DNA of 64,000 nucleotides from Mucilaginibacter sp. (GCA_965225845.1 CBDDBL010000001.1:86889-150888); one strand, 5' to 3'; positions 48,605 through 58,634 are shown, counted from the stretch's first letter. Numbers and translations: made by a program. Notes: generated by a model from the sequence alone, not told the origin.

Positions 48605-48805
48605 GCGATTATAAGACCATTTGAATGGTAGTTTTATAGCTATAAACACATTGAAGACCCGGCTCCGGTGCCAAGCAGCAAGGGCGAATCCGCTATATTT
48701 ACCCGGGCAGTTCAACCAGCATTATAAATGCTACTCCTATCCTCGCATAAAAATCCAGGGCCGGTTTATCGCCGGCATTTAACGTCTTCAATTATTAAAC
48801 CCGCC

Positions 48806-48994
48806 TTAAAAAAACAAAGGCCCGTGGCTGCTTCCGAACGGAAATTTATTTACCCGGCCATGTGTATGTGTGTGGCAATCAAACACATTATGGTTGCGGT
48901 AAATTTTGGGGTTTGAATTTTGGACGATTAACAGTTCAATGTTACTAGTTTCGGCCTTATCGGGCTGAGAAACCTGGGCAGTTTTCTTTTTCAT
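48806..48994 (-). CDS. Putative small peptide, 62 aa, unknown function
   Basis: ATG start after AT-rich sequence; ...ELLIVQNSNPKIYRNHNVFDCHTHTHGRVNKFPFGSSHGPLFF; no recognised family. Confidence 0.45.
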   Translation of the reverse strand: MKKKTAQVSQPDKAETSNIELLIVQNSNPKIYRNHNVFDCHTHTHGRVNKFPFGSSHGPLFF

Positions 48995-49112
48995 AACAAT
49001 TCTCCTGAAACTTAGGTTAAAGCCTAATTGGTAGTATAAATTTACATAATAAACATCCTCATTTGCAAGTAATTAGTTATAAATTTTTTTATGGATGGAA
49101 TGAATAAAACAA

Positions 49113-50165
49113 CTAATATTTAGCCAATTCAGCGTTGAATAAGTTGAGCCATATGCCTGCGCCCGTATTATTCCAATGGGTGTCTGATCTGTAATAAACT
49201 TTATTTTTGTTTTTAGTAAGTACAGGTATCAGGTTTATATAGGTAACATGCAATTGAGGCGAGTTTTGAAAACGCGCTGTTAAGTGGTTATATTTTAATT
49301 TTAAGTAACCCGGCTCTAAAATTGAAACAGGGTTAGGTACAATAGTAAGATATACTTTATCAAATCCCATCTTTATAGCTTGCGCGCTTACCTTATTTAA
49401 ATTATCGACTAAAAAGTTGATACGTTTATCCGAAAACAACTTGAATGAACTTGTAGTCTGGCTTGAATCCGTAGTGATCACATAAAATAATTGTTTACGG
49501 TTTGATGCCACTACAACATCCTTATCAACTATGTTAAACAGCTTATAATTAATCCAGGCTTTAAATTCCTTTATCGGGGAAAATATAGAATAGTCCCACA
49601 AGTTTAGCTGAATATTATCACTAACTTTTCTATTGAATACAGAATTATTAATAAATGACTTCAGATTAAATATATTGGTTTTGGGCAAAACATCTGAGCC
49701 GGATGCTATAAGCATATTTTTAACATAATTGGTATCTGATAAAACCATATCAAGGTTCCTTTCGGAAAATTCCAGCAACAATATATTTTTTTTGGAACGA
49801 TCCAGATCAGCCACGATGGATTGTTTGATATTGGTTTTAGCGATTGTTAGCTTGTTAACCCCAACAAAAAAATCTTTACTCTTATAAAATCCCCAAAAAT
49901 AGCTATCGCAAATTGTGTACAGGTTGATGTTTTTAGCATGTGTAGCTTCGGGCAGCGGAATGGGGTTTTCTGTTGGATAAGTCTTCCTGAAATAAGGCAA
50001 ATAACTCATCCCGTACAGGTCGCCGTATTTAAACCTGTCTGATCCTAAAATCGCACCCGGCTGAAATCTATCTGCACTCAATATATTTGTTAAATTATCG
50101 CTAAGGCTTATTGCATAAATTACTATGCAGATAATTAATACCGATAAACCAAAAAATTTAGCCAT
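49113..50165 (-). CDS. AlgX/AlgJ-like SGNH-fold periplasmic O-acyltransferase
   Basis: N-terminal TM; ICDSY nucleophile-like motif; C-terminal YYRSDTHWN (DxHW); 2 bp from the MBOAT gene. Confidence 0.75.
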   Translation of the reverse strand: MAKFFGLSVLIICIVIYAISLSDNLTNILSADRFQPGAILGSDRFKYGDLYGMSYLPYFRKTYPTENPIPLPEATHAKNINLYTICDSYFWGFYKSKDFFVGVNKLTIAKTNIKQSIVADLDRSKKNILLLEFSERNLDMVLSDTNYVKNMLIASGSDVLPKTNIFNLKSFINNSVFNRKVSDNIQLNLWDYSIFSPIKEFKAWINYKLFNIVDKDVVVASNRKQLFYVITTDSSQTTSSFKLFSDKRINFLVDNLNKVSAQAIKMGFDKVYLTIVPNPVSILEPGYLKLKYNHLTARFQNSPQLHVTYINLIPVLTKNKNKVYYRSDTHWNNTGAGIWLNLFNAELAKY

Positions 50166-50167
50166 AA

Positions 50168-51583
50168 TTAAAACTGAAAATAGATAAATTCTTTATTATC
50201 AAATACACCAAAAATGTAGCAAGTCATCAGCAATAAGCTGATGGATAAAAAAAACAAACGGGTATTTGCGGTAGGAATAACCAGCATAAAGCGCTCCTTT
50301 ACAAGCAAAACTACAATTAACAGCGCCGTAAAACACAACATATTACCACTAACCAGGGCAAAATTAAACTTGCCGAAAAACGACTTGCTAAATATCTCAG
50401 CAAATACCACACTTGCGGTATGCAGATCCGGCGAGCGGAAAAATATCCAGGCAAAGGATACCAGCAAAAATATACTTATGGTTTGCGTAAGCCTGATGAA
50501 AGGGTTTGAGCGAATAACCAACCGCATTTTTTTAAAGATCGAATTTTTAGCGTTCTCTATCATTAAAAGCACCCCGTGAAATAACCCCCAGATCATAAAG
50601 GTCCAGTTGGCGCCATGCCAAAGGCCACTGATCAAAAACACCACCATTATATTAAAACACCTCCTTGCAGTACCTACCCGGTTACCGCCTAGAGGGATAT
50701 ATAAATAATCCCTGAACCAGGTGGACAGCGACATATGCCAGCGGCTCCAAAATTCACCTATGGAACGGGACAAATAAGGCACATTAAAATTTTCAACCAG
50801 CTTAATACCCATTGTTTTGGCCGCGCCAATACCAATATCGGTATAACCCGAAAAGTCGCAATAGATCTGAAAGGAATACAATAGGCTGATAATAAAGAAC
50901 GTAAACCCATTTTGCGATTTTGGGTCGGCGTAGGCTTTATCTATAATCCCAGCCAGCCTATCGGCAATCACTACTTTTTTAAATAACCCAAAAGCCATCT
51001 GCATTAAACCGCTTTTTAACTTCTCAAAATCAAAATCGTGATTTTTGTGAAATTGCCATAAAATATTTTGCGGCCTCTCAATTGGCCCTGCAACCAGTTG
51101 CGGGTAAAACATTACGTACAGGCTATAAATACCAAAATGCTTTTCAGCTTTATGGTTGCCCCTGTAAACTTCAATTGTATAACTCATGGCCTGGAAAGTA
51201 TGAAACGACAAGCCAATCGGCAGCAACATGGTAACAAACGGGAACGGCGTATGATGGCCCGAAAGATGCAGCAGGTGATCAAGCGCGCCATTAAAAAAAT
51301 TGAAGTATTTGAAGAATACCAATACGCCAATATTAGATACCAGGCTTATGATCAGCAGCAACTTTCGCAACGGTTTATTGGCTGCTTTTTCTATACAGAT
51401 GCCTGCTATATAATCTATAACGATGGTAAAGCCAATAATGAGGATATAGGATGGCACAAAAACCATGTAAAAGTAACAGCTCCCAATCAGTAATAATAAG
51501 TACCGGTGCTTATTAGGTAAATACCAATAAGTTATGGTTATGATAATATAGAACAGCAGGAACTGGAGGGAATTATAAAGCAT
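50168..51583 (-). CDS. MBOAT family O-acyltransferase (AlgI/DltB/PatA-like)
   Basis: FFKYFNF, LPIGLSFHTFQAMSY, FYPQLVAGPIER, YCDFSGY, ENFNVPY, FWSRWHMSL, SGLWHGANWTF. Confidence 0.95.
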   Translation of the reverse strand: MLYNSLQFLLFYIIITITYWYLPNKHRYLLLLIGSCYFYMVFVPSYILIIGFTIVIDYIAGICIEKAANKPLRKLLLIISLVSNIGVLVFFKYFNFFNGALDHLLHLSGHHTPFPFVTMLLPIGLSFHTFQAMSYTIEVYRGNHKAEKHFGIYSLYVMFYPQLVAGPIERPQNILWQFHKNHDFDFEKLKSGLMQMAFGLFKKVVIADRLAGIIDKAYADPKSQNGFTFFIISLLYSFQIYCDFSGYTDIGIGAAKTMGIKLVENFNVPYLSRSIGEFWSRWHMSLSTWFRDYLYIPLGGNRVGTARRCFNIMVVFLISGLWHGANWTFMIWGLFHGVLLMIENAKNSIFKKMRLVIRSNPFIRLTQTISIFLLVSFAWIFFRSPDLHTASVVFAEIFSKSFFGKFNFALVSGNMLCFTALLIVVLLVKERFMLVIPTANTRLFFLSISLLLMTCYIFGVFDNKEFIYFQF

Positions 51584-51726
51584 TAACCATGATAATTAAG
51601 GATAAATATATACCATTCTGAATGGATTACACCTCGTTGTTAAAAAAATTCGCTAACAAATCCATTAGCAATTTTAATGGGAATATGATATGTTTGGGTT
51701 TGCTTTAATTTAAACTATCCAAAACC

Positions 51727-53007
51727 ATGAGCAATACAGGAAACCCGGTAAGGCGCATACTTACAGCCAGCCTCATTGGCACCACTATTGAGTTTTTCGA
51801 CTTTTATATTTATGCCACCGCCGCGGTGCTGGTTTTTCCAAAATTGTTTTTCCCTGCGGGTAATCCTGCCGCCGCTATATTGGCTTCATTTGCCACATTT
51901 GCCATAGCATTTATTGCCAGGCCCATCGGCGCGGCGCTTTTCGGCCACTTCGGTGATCGCAAAGGGCGTAAAGCTACACTTGTTGCCGCATTAATGACTA
52001 TGGGACCATCAACCGTAGCTATTGGTTTGTTACCTTCGTATCATTCAATTGGCATTGCTGCACCGCTTTTACTGGCGCTATTCCGTTTTGGGCAAGGATT
52101 AGGATTAGGGGGCGAATGGGGCGGAGCTGTTTTATTGGCTACCGAAAATGCGCCTGAAGGCAAAAAATCCTGGTACGGTATGTTCCCCCAATTGGGCGCT
52201 CCAATCGGTTTTTTATTATCAAGCGGAACATTTCTTTTATTAAGCAAAAACCTGACCGAACAGCAATTTATTGATTTTGGCTGGAGAATACCCTTTATTG
52301 CCAGCGCGTTATTAGTTTGGATAGGTTTATACGTTCGTTTAAAAATAACCGAAACTCCGGAATTTTTAAAGGTAGAAAAGAGCGACGCCTTTGTTAAACT
52401 CCCGATATCTGATGTTTTTGCCAGGCATACTAAGGCCGTTATATTAGGCACTTTAGCAACTGTTACCACGTTTTTACTATTTTATTTGATGACCGTTTTT
52501 ACCTTGAGTTGGGCGACCACGGCACTACATTACTCAAAGAGCAGTTTTTTAATAGCGCAGATGATCTCGATGATATTTTTTGGTATAGGCATCCCGCTAT
52601 CCGCGGTAATTGCCGATCGCCTTGGGAGGGCTAATATGCTGATGTTTGCCAGTGCAGCTATTTTGCTGTTCGGTTTATTTTTTGCGCCGTTTTTTAACAC
52701 AGGTAATTTTTATATAACAGTCGCGTTCCAGGTTGTAGGTATGTTTTTAATGGGCTTAACTTATGGGCCGATTGGCACTACATTGGCCGAAATTTTTCCG
52801 CCAGCTGTGCGTTACACAGGGGCATCATTATGTTTTACCCTGGCGGGGATATTAGGCGCATCATTCACGCCATACCTGGCTACCATGCTGGCAAAAAGCT
52901 ATGGATTACCTTACGTAGGCTATTACTTAGCTTTCGCGGCGGCAGTAAGTTTACTGGCTTTGATCTTGGCTAATAGCTTAATCAGAGGAAATAAACAGAC
53001 GGCATAA
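51727..53007 (+). CDS. MFS metabolite:H+ symporter (ShiA/ProP-like)
   Basis: IGTTIEFFDFYIY, ARPIGAALFGHFGDRKGRK, GLGGEWGGA, EIFPPAVRYTG. Confidence 0.95.
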   Translation: MSNTGNPVRRILTASLIGTTIEFFDFYIYATAAVLVFPKLFFPAGNPAAAILASFATFAIAFIARPIGAALFGHFGDRKGRKATLVAALMTMGPSTVAIGLLPSYHSIGIAAPLLLALFRFGQGLGLGGEWGGAVLLATENAPEGKKSWYGMFPQLGAPIGFLLSSGTFLLLSKNLTEQQFIDFGWRIPFIASALLVWIGLYVRLKITETPEFLKVEKSDAFVKLPISDVFARHTKAVILGTLATVTTFLLFYLMTVFTLSWATTALHYSKSSFLIAQMISMIFFGIGIPLSAVIADRLGRANMLMFASAAILLFGLFFAPFFNTGNFYITVAFQVVGMFLMGLTYGPIGTTLAEIFPPAVRYTGASLCFTLAGILGASFTPYLATMLAKSYGLPYVGYYLAFAAAVSLLALILANSLIRGNKQTA

Positions 53008-53103
53008 GTTATTATTCGCGAGAAAGAGCTCCAGCTTGTGCCCATACTCACCCGCACTAAACCCTAACAGGCAGAATGGGAATAAATATTATCCATTAGT
53101 ATT

Positions 53104-53130
53104 CAAACTATAATGGACAGGCAATGTTGT
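53104..53130 (+). promoter_or_regulatory. CAAAC-N17-GTTGT promoter-like motif before the DUF3606 pair
   Basis: CAAAC 53104-08; GTTGT 53126-30; 25 nt to ATG 53156. Confidence 0.5.
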
Positions 53131-53155
53131 AAAATAATTAATTATAAATTAAATT

Positions 53156-53329
53156 ATGGACAACAAGGAAAACATCAGCTCCCCCGACAGGGACCTTATC
53201 AATACCAGTGAAAATTATGAAGTGAAATACTGGTCGACAAAGTTTGGCGTAAGTACAGAGCGTTTAAAAACAGCTGTAAAAGCAGTTGGTAACTCTGCGG
53301 CCGCAATTGAAACATACTTAGAAAAATAA
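53156..53329 (+). CDS. DUF3606 domain small protein (57 aa; not in the ORF track)
   Basis: Manual translation MDNKENISSPDRDLINTSENYEVKYWSTKFGVSTERLKTAVKAVGNSAAAIETYLEK. Confidence 0.88.
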   Translation: MDNKENISSPDRDLINTSENYEVKYWSTKFGVSTERLKTAVKAVGNSAAAIETYLEK

Positions 53330-53335
53330 TATCAA

Positions 53336-53509
53336 ATGGAACGAAAAATTAAACCTTCGATAGCCGACACCCGTACTATTGATATTGAAGATGATTACGC
53401 GCTCGATTTTTGGGCAGGCACATTTGGTGTAACGCCCGAAAGATTGAGAGCGGCTATAAATGTTGCCGGCGATTTGGCTAAGGATGTTAAAAAGGAATTA
53501 AAGAAATAA
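53336..53509 (+). CDS. DUF3606 domain small protein (57 aa; not in the ORF track)
   Basis: Manual translation MERKIKPSIADTRTIDIEDDYALDFWAGTFGVTPERLRAAINVAGDLAKDVKKELKK. Confidence 0.85.
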   Translation: MERKIKPSIADTRTIDIEDDYALDFWAGTFGVTPERLRAAINVAGDLAKDVKKELKK

Positions 53510-53625
53510 AGATGTGATTTGTTCTTCGTGAGCACTATAGCTATTTGAATTTGGTAAACTATGGATTGATATTTGCAACTATCGGTAGCATATGCCTATA
53601 GTTTTGTTATCAAATAATATCAATC

Positions 53626-53994
53626 ATGATCATCAAAATAATCAGCGGCATTCTTATCCTTATCTCTGCCTTTATGGGAACCCGGGTTGGATTAAAAGGT
53701 TTGAATATTAAACACGGCGATACCGGACCTTTTGTTCAACTCAAGGATAAATTAAAGTTTAGTGAGCGTACATTAACTATACTTGCTGTTTTAACCATAC
53801 TAGCCGGCATACTCTTATTACTGCCACAAACATTTTTGTTTGCTAATATTTTAAACATCTGCCTGTTTTTATTTTTGATCGTCCGCTGGTTAATGATCGG
53901 CGATATGAAGTCGGCATTATCAGAAGTACCTTTTCTACTGATACCTGTATTATTGATATTTCTTAAACATCCGTTCGCTGCAAATCCATCATAA
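53626..53994 (+). CDS. DoxX-like small membrane protein
   Basis: 122 aa, four hydrophobic helices, C-terminal LIFLKHPF. Confidence 0.75.
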   Translation: MIIKIISGILILISAFMGTRVGLKGLNIKHGDTGPFVQLKDKLKFSERTLTILAVLTILAGILLLLPQTFLFANILNICLFLFLIVRWLMIGDMKSALSEVPFLLIPVLLIFLKHPFAANPS

Positions 53995-54146
53995 AATTCG
54001 TCTTATAGCACATAGTAATTTTCGTGGCTTAATAAAGTCGGCGACGTTCACGCAGCGTACGGATACTTTTCTGTGTATATACGGGAATCAAAAAATGGCG
54101 TGTAAATGATGCTTATCCTTATATTTAAACCATAAACTGATGCCAA

Positions 54147-55004
54147 ATGAGTTTTACCAATTCAAGATTCACCTTTTTATTATTTGCGGTGCTTTTATTA
54201 AGCTCTTTTAAAACCCGGGAAATTACCTGGGTGGCAATCGGTGATTCCATCACTTACTTAAATGACCACACCAATGAAACCGGCAATCGTGTAAGCAAAG
54301 GCTATTTAACCAGGGTGGTGGAACATTTTAATAATTTGCATTACATTAATAAAGGATATAATGGTTGGACATCGGGTAACATCGCCCAGCAAATAGATAG
54401 CCTGGGGCTGGTGAAAGCGGATATCTACACTATTTTTTTAGGAACTAATGATTGGTGGCAAGGCAGGCCTCTTGGCAATTTGAAAGATTATATTAAAAAC
54501 AAGGGCAACAAGTCGGTATATGCCTCATTCCGCATAATTATTAATAAGATCCGCACCTTAAATCCGCAGGCAAAAATAGTGTTGATCACACCGATGCAAA
54601 GGGCAGATTTTGTTTATATCAATGATCCAAAAAACAATTCATATGGATCATACAAAGCCAAAAACGGCCAATATTTGGAATCATTTGCCAACGCGATAGA
54701 TTCCATAGACCATTACGAACACATCCCGGTTATTGACCTGTACCACAACCCTGCACTAAGCTTTAATAAACTGGTTAATTTTAAACGCTTAAAAGATCCC
54801 GCTACCGGCCAATATGTAAATTATCAATATCCCGAAGCCGCCAAAATCCCATTCAATCCTTCCAACGACGATTATCCCTACCCCAAAAAAGCAATTGGAT
54901 TAACCTATGACGGCCTGCATCCATCGGACAAAGGAAATTCGATAATTGCCGCCGAGGTTGTGAAAACATTTTCACAATTAGGTTTGCCGATTACTTATAA
55001 ATAG
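54147..55004 (+). CDS. SGNH/GDSL hydrolase family protein
   Basis: IGDSIT (block I), GYNG (II), LGTND (III), DGLHP (V). Confidence 0.93.
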   Translation: MSFTNSRFTFLLFAVLLLSSFKTREITWVAIGDSITYLNDHTNETGNRVSKGYLTRVVEHFNNLHYINKGYNGWTSGNIAQQIDSLGLVKADIYTIFLGTNDWWQGRPLGNLKDYIKNKGNKSVYASFRIIINKIRTLNPQAKIVLITPMQRADFVYINDPKNNSYGSYKAKNGQYLESFANAIDSIDHYEHIPVIDLYHNPALSFNKLVNFKRLKDPATGQYVNYQYPEAAKIPFNPSNDDYPYPKKAIGLTYDGLHPSDKGNSIIAAEVVKTFSQLGLPITYK

Positions 55005-55113
55005 CCTCAATTAATTCAACGTTAATTCCATTACCTAAACTAAGCATGTCAATTGTATTTCGCAATTTTGCCGGGAGGCTATGCGAAACACAAATTTAAT
55101 TAATTGTTTATTG

Positions 55114-58100
55114 CTATCGTTGTGCCTGGCTCAATACACTGGCAAACTTACCCGCGTAGTCTTTATACTGCGCGGCATACTTGTCAGATAGTTCGTTTTG
55201 GTGACCATCCTTAGTAAACTGGGCCAAACCACCTAGAACCTGAACGCCGATCTCTATAGTTTCCGGATCTATCTGTCCGCTGTTATTTTGCAGCAGGTAA
55301 TAGTTATAATCCAGCTGATCTGTCAGGTAATCGTCAATGTCTTTAGAGATCTTATTGCCGATCACTACATCATTCAGCCGGTACGCCGCCTGGGCCAGGT
55401 ACAACTTTTTACCCTCAATCTGTATATACGGGTTAAGGTCGGGTAGCTCCTGGTCATATTTGGCTAATACTTTTAACGCCAGGTCGGGGCGTTTTTGCGC
55501 CGTTAATGCCTGTGTAAGATCAAGGAAAGCGGAGAGCAAACTGGTATACGACATAAATTTGGCTTCATGATCCAGGTATTTGGCGGTTTTAAAATTACCC
55601 CACTTAAATTTGTTCATTACATTATCGTACATCACCATGGCGTTCACATTTTCCCTTTGATTTTTTAAGGTGGTATCCGGCGTAAAAGGTATTAAATGAT
55701 AGGCAAAACCTTCTTTATACAAATAGGGCTCTAAGCCGATCATATTTTCATCGCCAACGGTTGATGTAAAACAGATAGGGCGTTTCCAGTGGTTATGCGC
55801 CAGGATATCGATCATGGCTAAATTCTCCTTGGTAACATAATTAGGCGGGAACTTAAATTTCAAAGTATCCGTCAATCTCGCCCTGTCGCTATCCGGCACT
55901 ACGCCACTTTTGATAACCTCATCCTTATTAATCGTGATCTTAAAGTTTTTTGTAGGCAGATAATTAGCCGACTCGCCGTTTTGGTACTGCGCCATGGTAG
56001 CCGGGTTATCCGATGTAATGAAATCAAACACGTCACTTAACTCGGTATAGCCGGGAATTTTCCTGTCATCAAAATAGATCACATCGCGCACGCCATCCTC
56101 ATATTTTTCATACGGCATGGTGATCGGCAGCGGTGCGGATTCATTCATCTTGCGTGTCATTTGCCTGATATACCAGCTGCCCGAGAACAAACTCAGGTTT
56201 ACAATGCGCACATCCGGGCGAATGCCTTCCACTTCCTGATCATACCATAGCGAGTAGGTATCATTATCGCCATAACAAAACAAAATGGCATTTTTTGGGC
56301 ACGAGTTCAGGTAATTATAAGCCATATCATGCGGAACCATTTTGGTGGAGCGGTCATGGTCTTTCCATTCTTCTTTAGCTAATACAACCGGGCCAGCCAA
56401 CAGGCAAACTGCCGTGGCGGCAAAAGCAGCAACTTTAGCGCTAAGTTTTTTGCGCAATACATCAGCAATGGCAACAACGCCAATCCCTATCCAAATAGCG
56501 AAGGCGTAAAAGGAGCCCACATAACTGTAATCGCGTTCGCGGGGTTGTATGTTGGGCTGGTTCACATAAAGCACAATCGCGATTCCGGTGAAGAACCATA
56601 GCAGTGTAACCACCAGCGCGTCTTCCTTGCGGCGGTTAAAATGGTATATCAACCCAAACAACCCAATAATTAACGGCAGGGCGAATAGTGGCGTATAAGT
56701 AACACCTTCCAAAGGCCTTGATGGGTCGCCGCCTATTACTGATTTTGGCAGATGCTTACTGCCATCAAAAATCCCCGACGTCCAGTTGCCATCAATACTG
56801 GTCATGCTGGCCATGCCTTCGGCATCATTGTAACGGCCCACAAAATTCCAGAAGAAATAGCGCCAGTACATCTGGTAGATCTGCCAGCTGAACAGGAATT
56901 TCAGGTTATCGCCAAAAGTTGGCGACTGCCCCTGCGGCAGGTTTAACCACGACGTATAAAACTGTACAGCGCTCGCGTAATCCTGGTCTCCCTGGGTAAT
57001 GTACATGCGTGGCAGTATGGTGTTATGATCATAAATAAGCTTTTGTTTTTTACCGGCAACCTCATATTGGGTTTTTCCTTTACGGTAAATTGTAGCGCCG
57101 TCGGTTTGGTCGATAGCCTTCGCATCAAAATACGGACCGTACAGTAATGGCGTTTCACCATATTGCTCGCGGTTTAAATAACTATTCAGGATAAAGGCAT
57201 TATCCGGGTGGTTATTATCCAGATCAGTGTTGGCGGTGGCGCGGATAGGAATATAAGCAAACGAACTATAACCCAGGTAAATAAATGTGCAGCACAAAAA
57301 CGCTAAATTAAGCATTGGCTTTTTGTATTTAGTGGTATAGTATAAGCCCGCGATCAGTAACGCGATCAGCAATACGATAAATACTGCCGCGCCGCTGCCG
57401 AAGCCCATCCCTAATGTATTCACAAAAAACAGATCGAAATAAGCTATACCGATAACCGTATAATTCCTGATACCATATTGCACAAATACCAGGATAACAA
57501 TACCCGTCAAAATGGCTAAAAGCGCGTTTTTAAGGGTGATCCTTTGCGTTCGGCGCAGGTAATAAACCAGTGCCAAGGCCGGGATTGTGAGCAAATTCAA
57601 TAAGTGGATCCCAATGGATAAACCAATTACGTAAGCAATAAAAACGATCCATTTATCGGCGCCCGGATCATCGGCATGGGCATCCCATTTTAATATTGCC
57701 CAAAATACCAGCGCAGTGCAGAATGACGACCAGGCAAACACGATAGTTTCCACAGCAGAGAACCAAAAGGTATCGGTATAAGCGAAAGCCAGAGCGCCAA
57801 CCAAACCCGCACCCATAATAAGGTATACTTTTGACTGATCCGCATCTTCTTCGCCTTTATAAGCAATCAGTTTTCTACATAGCGCGGTGATAGACCAGAA
57901 CAGCAGCATAATAGTACTGCCGCTTGCCAATGCCGAACCCATATTGGTAAAATAAGGCACTTTAGCATTGTTACCCATCGACAAGAGCGAGAATGCCTTG
58001 CCCAGCATGGCGAAAACCGGATAACCGGGCTCGTGGGCCACTTGCAGGCGGTAAGCGCAGGCAATGAATTCCCCGCAATCCCAAAAGCTTACAGAAGGTT

Positions 58101-58179
58101 CGAGAGTGAGGATATAACTGATGGAAGCGATGGCGAAACACAGCCAGCCTAATAAAGTATTAATTTTTCTATACTGCAT
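55114..58179 (-). CDS. DUF2723 domain GT-C glycosyltransferase (TMEM260-like)
   Basis: Start likely ATG 58179; PSVSFWDCGEFIA, HEPGYP, AVETIV, GIHLLNLL, YGDNDTY, RPDVRIVNLSL. Confidence 0.92.
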   Translation of the reverse strand: MQYRKINTLLGWLCFAIASISYILTLEPSVSFWDCGEFIACAYRLQVAHEPGYPVFAMLGKAFSLLSMGNNAKVPYFTNMGSALASGSTIMLLFWSITALCRKLIAYKGEEDADQSKVYLIMGAGLVGALAFAYTDTFWFSAVETIVFAWSSFCTALVFWAILKWDAHADDPGADKWIVFIAYVIGLSIGIHLLNLLTIPALALVYYLRRTQRITLKNALLAILTGIVILVFVQYGIRNYTVIGIAYFDLFFVNTLGMGFGSGAAVFIVLLIALLIAGLYYTTKYKKPMLNLAFLCCTFIYLGYSSFAYIPIRATANTDLDNNHPDNAFILNSYLNREQYGETPLLYGPYFDAKAIDQTDGATIYRKGKTQYEVAGKKQKLIYDHNTILPRMYITQGDQDYASAVQFYTSWLNLPQGQSPTFGDNLKFLFSWQIYQMYWRYFFWNFVGRYNDAEGMASMTSIDGNWTSGIFDGSKHLPKSVIGGDPSRPLEGVTYTPLFALPLIIGLFGLIYHFNRRKEDALVVTLLWFFTGIAIVLYVNQPNIQPRERDYSYVGSFYAFAIWIGIGVVAIADVLRKKLSAKVAAFAATAVCLLAGPVVLAKEEWKDHDRSTKMVPHDMAYNYLNSCPKNAILFCYGDNDTYSLWYDQEVEGIRPDVRIVNLSLFSGSWYIRQMTRKMNESAPLPITMPYEKYEDGVRDVIYFDDRKIPGYTELSDVFDFITSDNPATMAQYQNGESANYLPTKNFKITINKDEVIKSGVVPDSDRARLTDTLKFKFPPNYVTKENLAMIDILAHNHWKRPICFTSTVGDENMIGLEPYLYKEGFAYHLIPFTPDTTLKNQRENVNAMVMYDNVMNKFKWGNFKTAKYLDHEAKFMSYTSLLSAFLDLTQALTAQKRPDLALKVLAKYDQELPDLNPYIQIEGKKLYLAQAAYRLNDVVIGNKISKDIDDYLTDQLDYNYYLLQNNSGQIDPETIEIGVQVLGGLAQFTKDGHQNELSDKYAAQYKDYAGKFASVLSQAQR

Positions 58180-58344
58180 TGATTTAAGTTTTCGATATGT
58201 AAATATCAAATTTTAGGCGCGCAACAGGCAAACTAATTACACACTTTAACATACTTTAGCATAAAACCATTAAGTACAGCCATTTAACTTATTAGGTTTG
58301 TGTACCCCCATTAGTATTTAATATATGATGAGGAATTAAAAGCA

Positions 58345-58378
58345 AAAAGGTCCCGAACAGCGATTGTGAGGGACTTTT
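58345..58378 (-). terminator. Possible terminator between the collagen-like gene and DUF2723
   Basis: Minus strand reads GTCCC...GGGAC followed by CTTTTT; long loop and short stem. Confidence 0.4.
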
Positions 58379-58395
58379 AATTCTTGTTGACGTTT

Positions 58396-58496
58396 TGGCC
58401 TACCCCGCCGATAGAAGCGGGCCGGGGTTATCCGTTCTTTATGCCTGCAGGCTTTAGGCGCGAAGGCCGGTATCCACTTTTATCCCTTACGCGGGG
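58396..58496. repeat. GC-rich intergenic REP/MITE-like element
   Basis: About 100 bp GC-rich island in AT-rich DNA with an imperfect hairpin CCCCGCCG-atagaag-CGGGCCGGGG and a repeated TATCC motif. Confidence 0.5.
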
Positions 58497-58634
58497 GAAT
58501 TTGATAGCGCAGCAAATCTGAATTCGGTGAGTGATCAATAATTGTAATCGCAGGATCTTCTTCAACAGACCCTGCGATTACTTAATAGCCGCTTAATTAT
58601 TTATAATTGTTACGCTATAGCTAATTAATTTATG

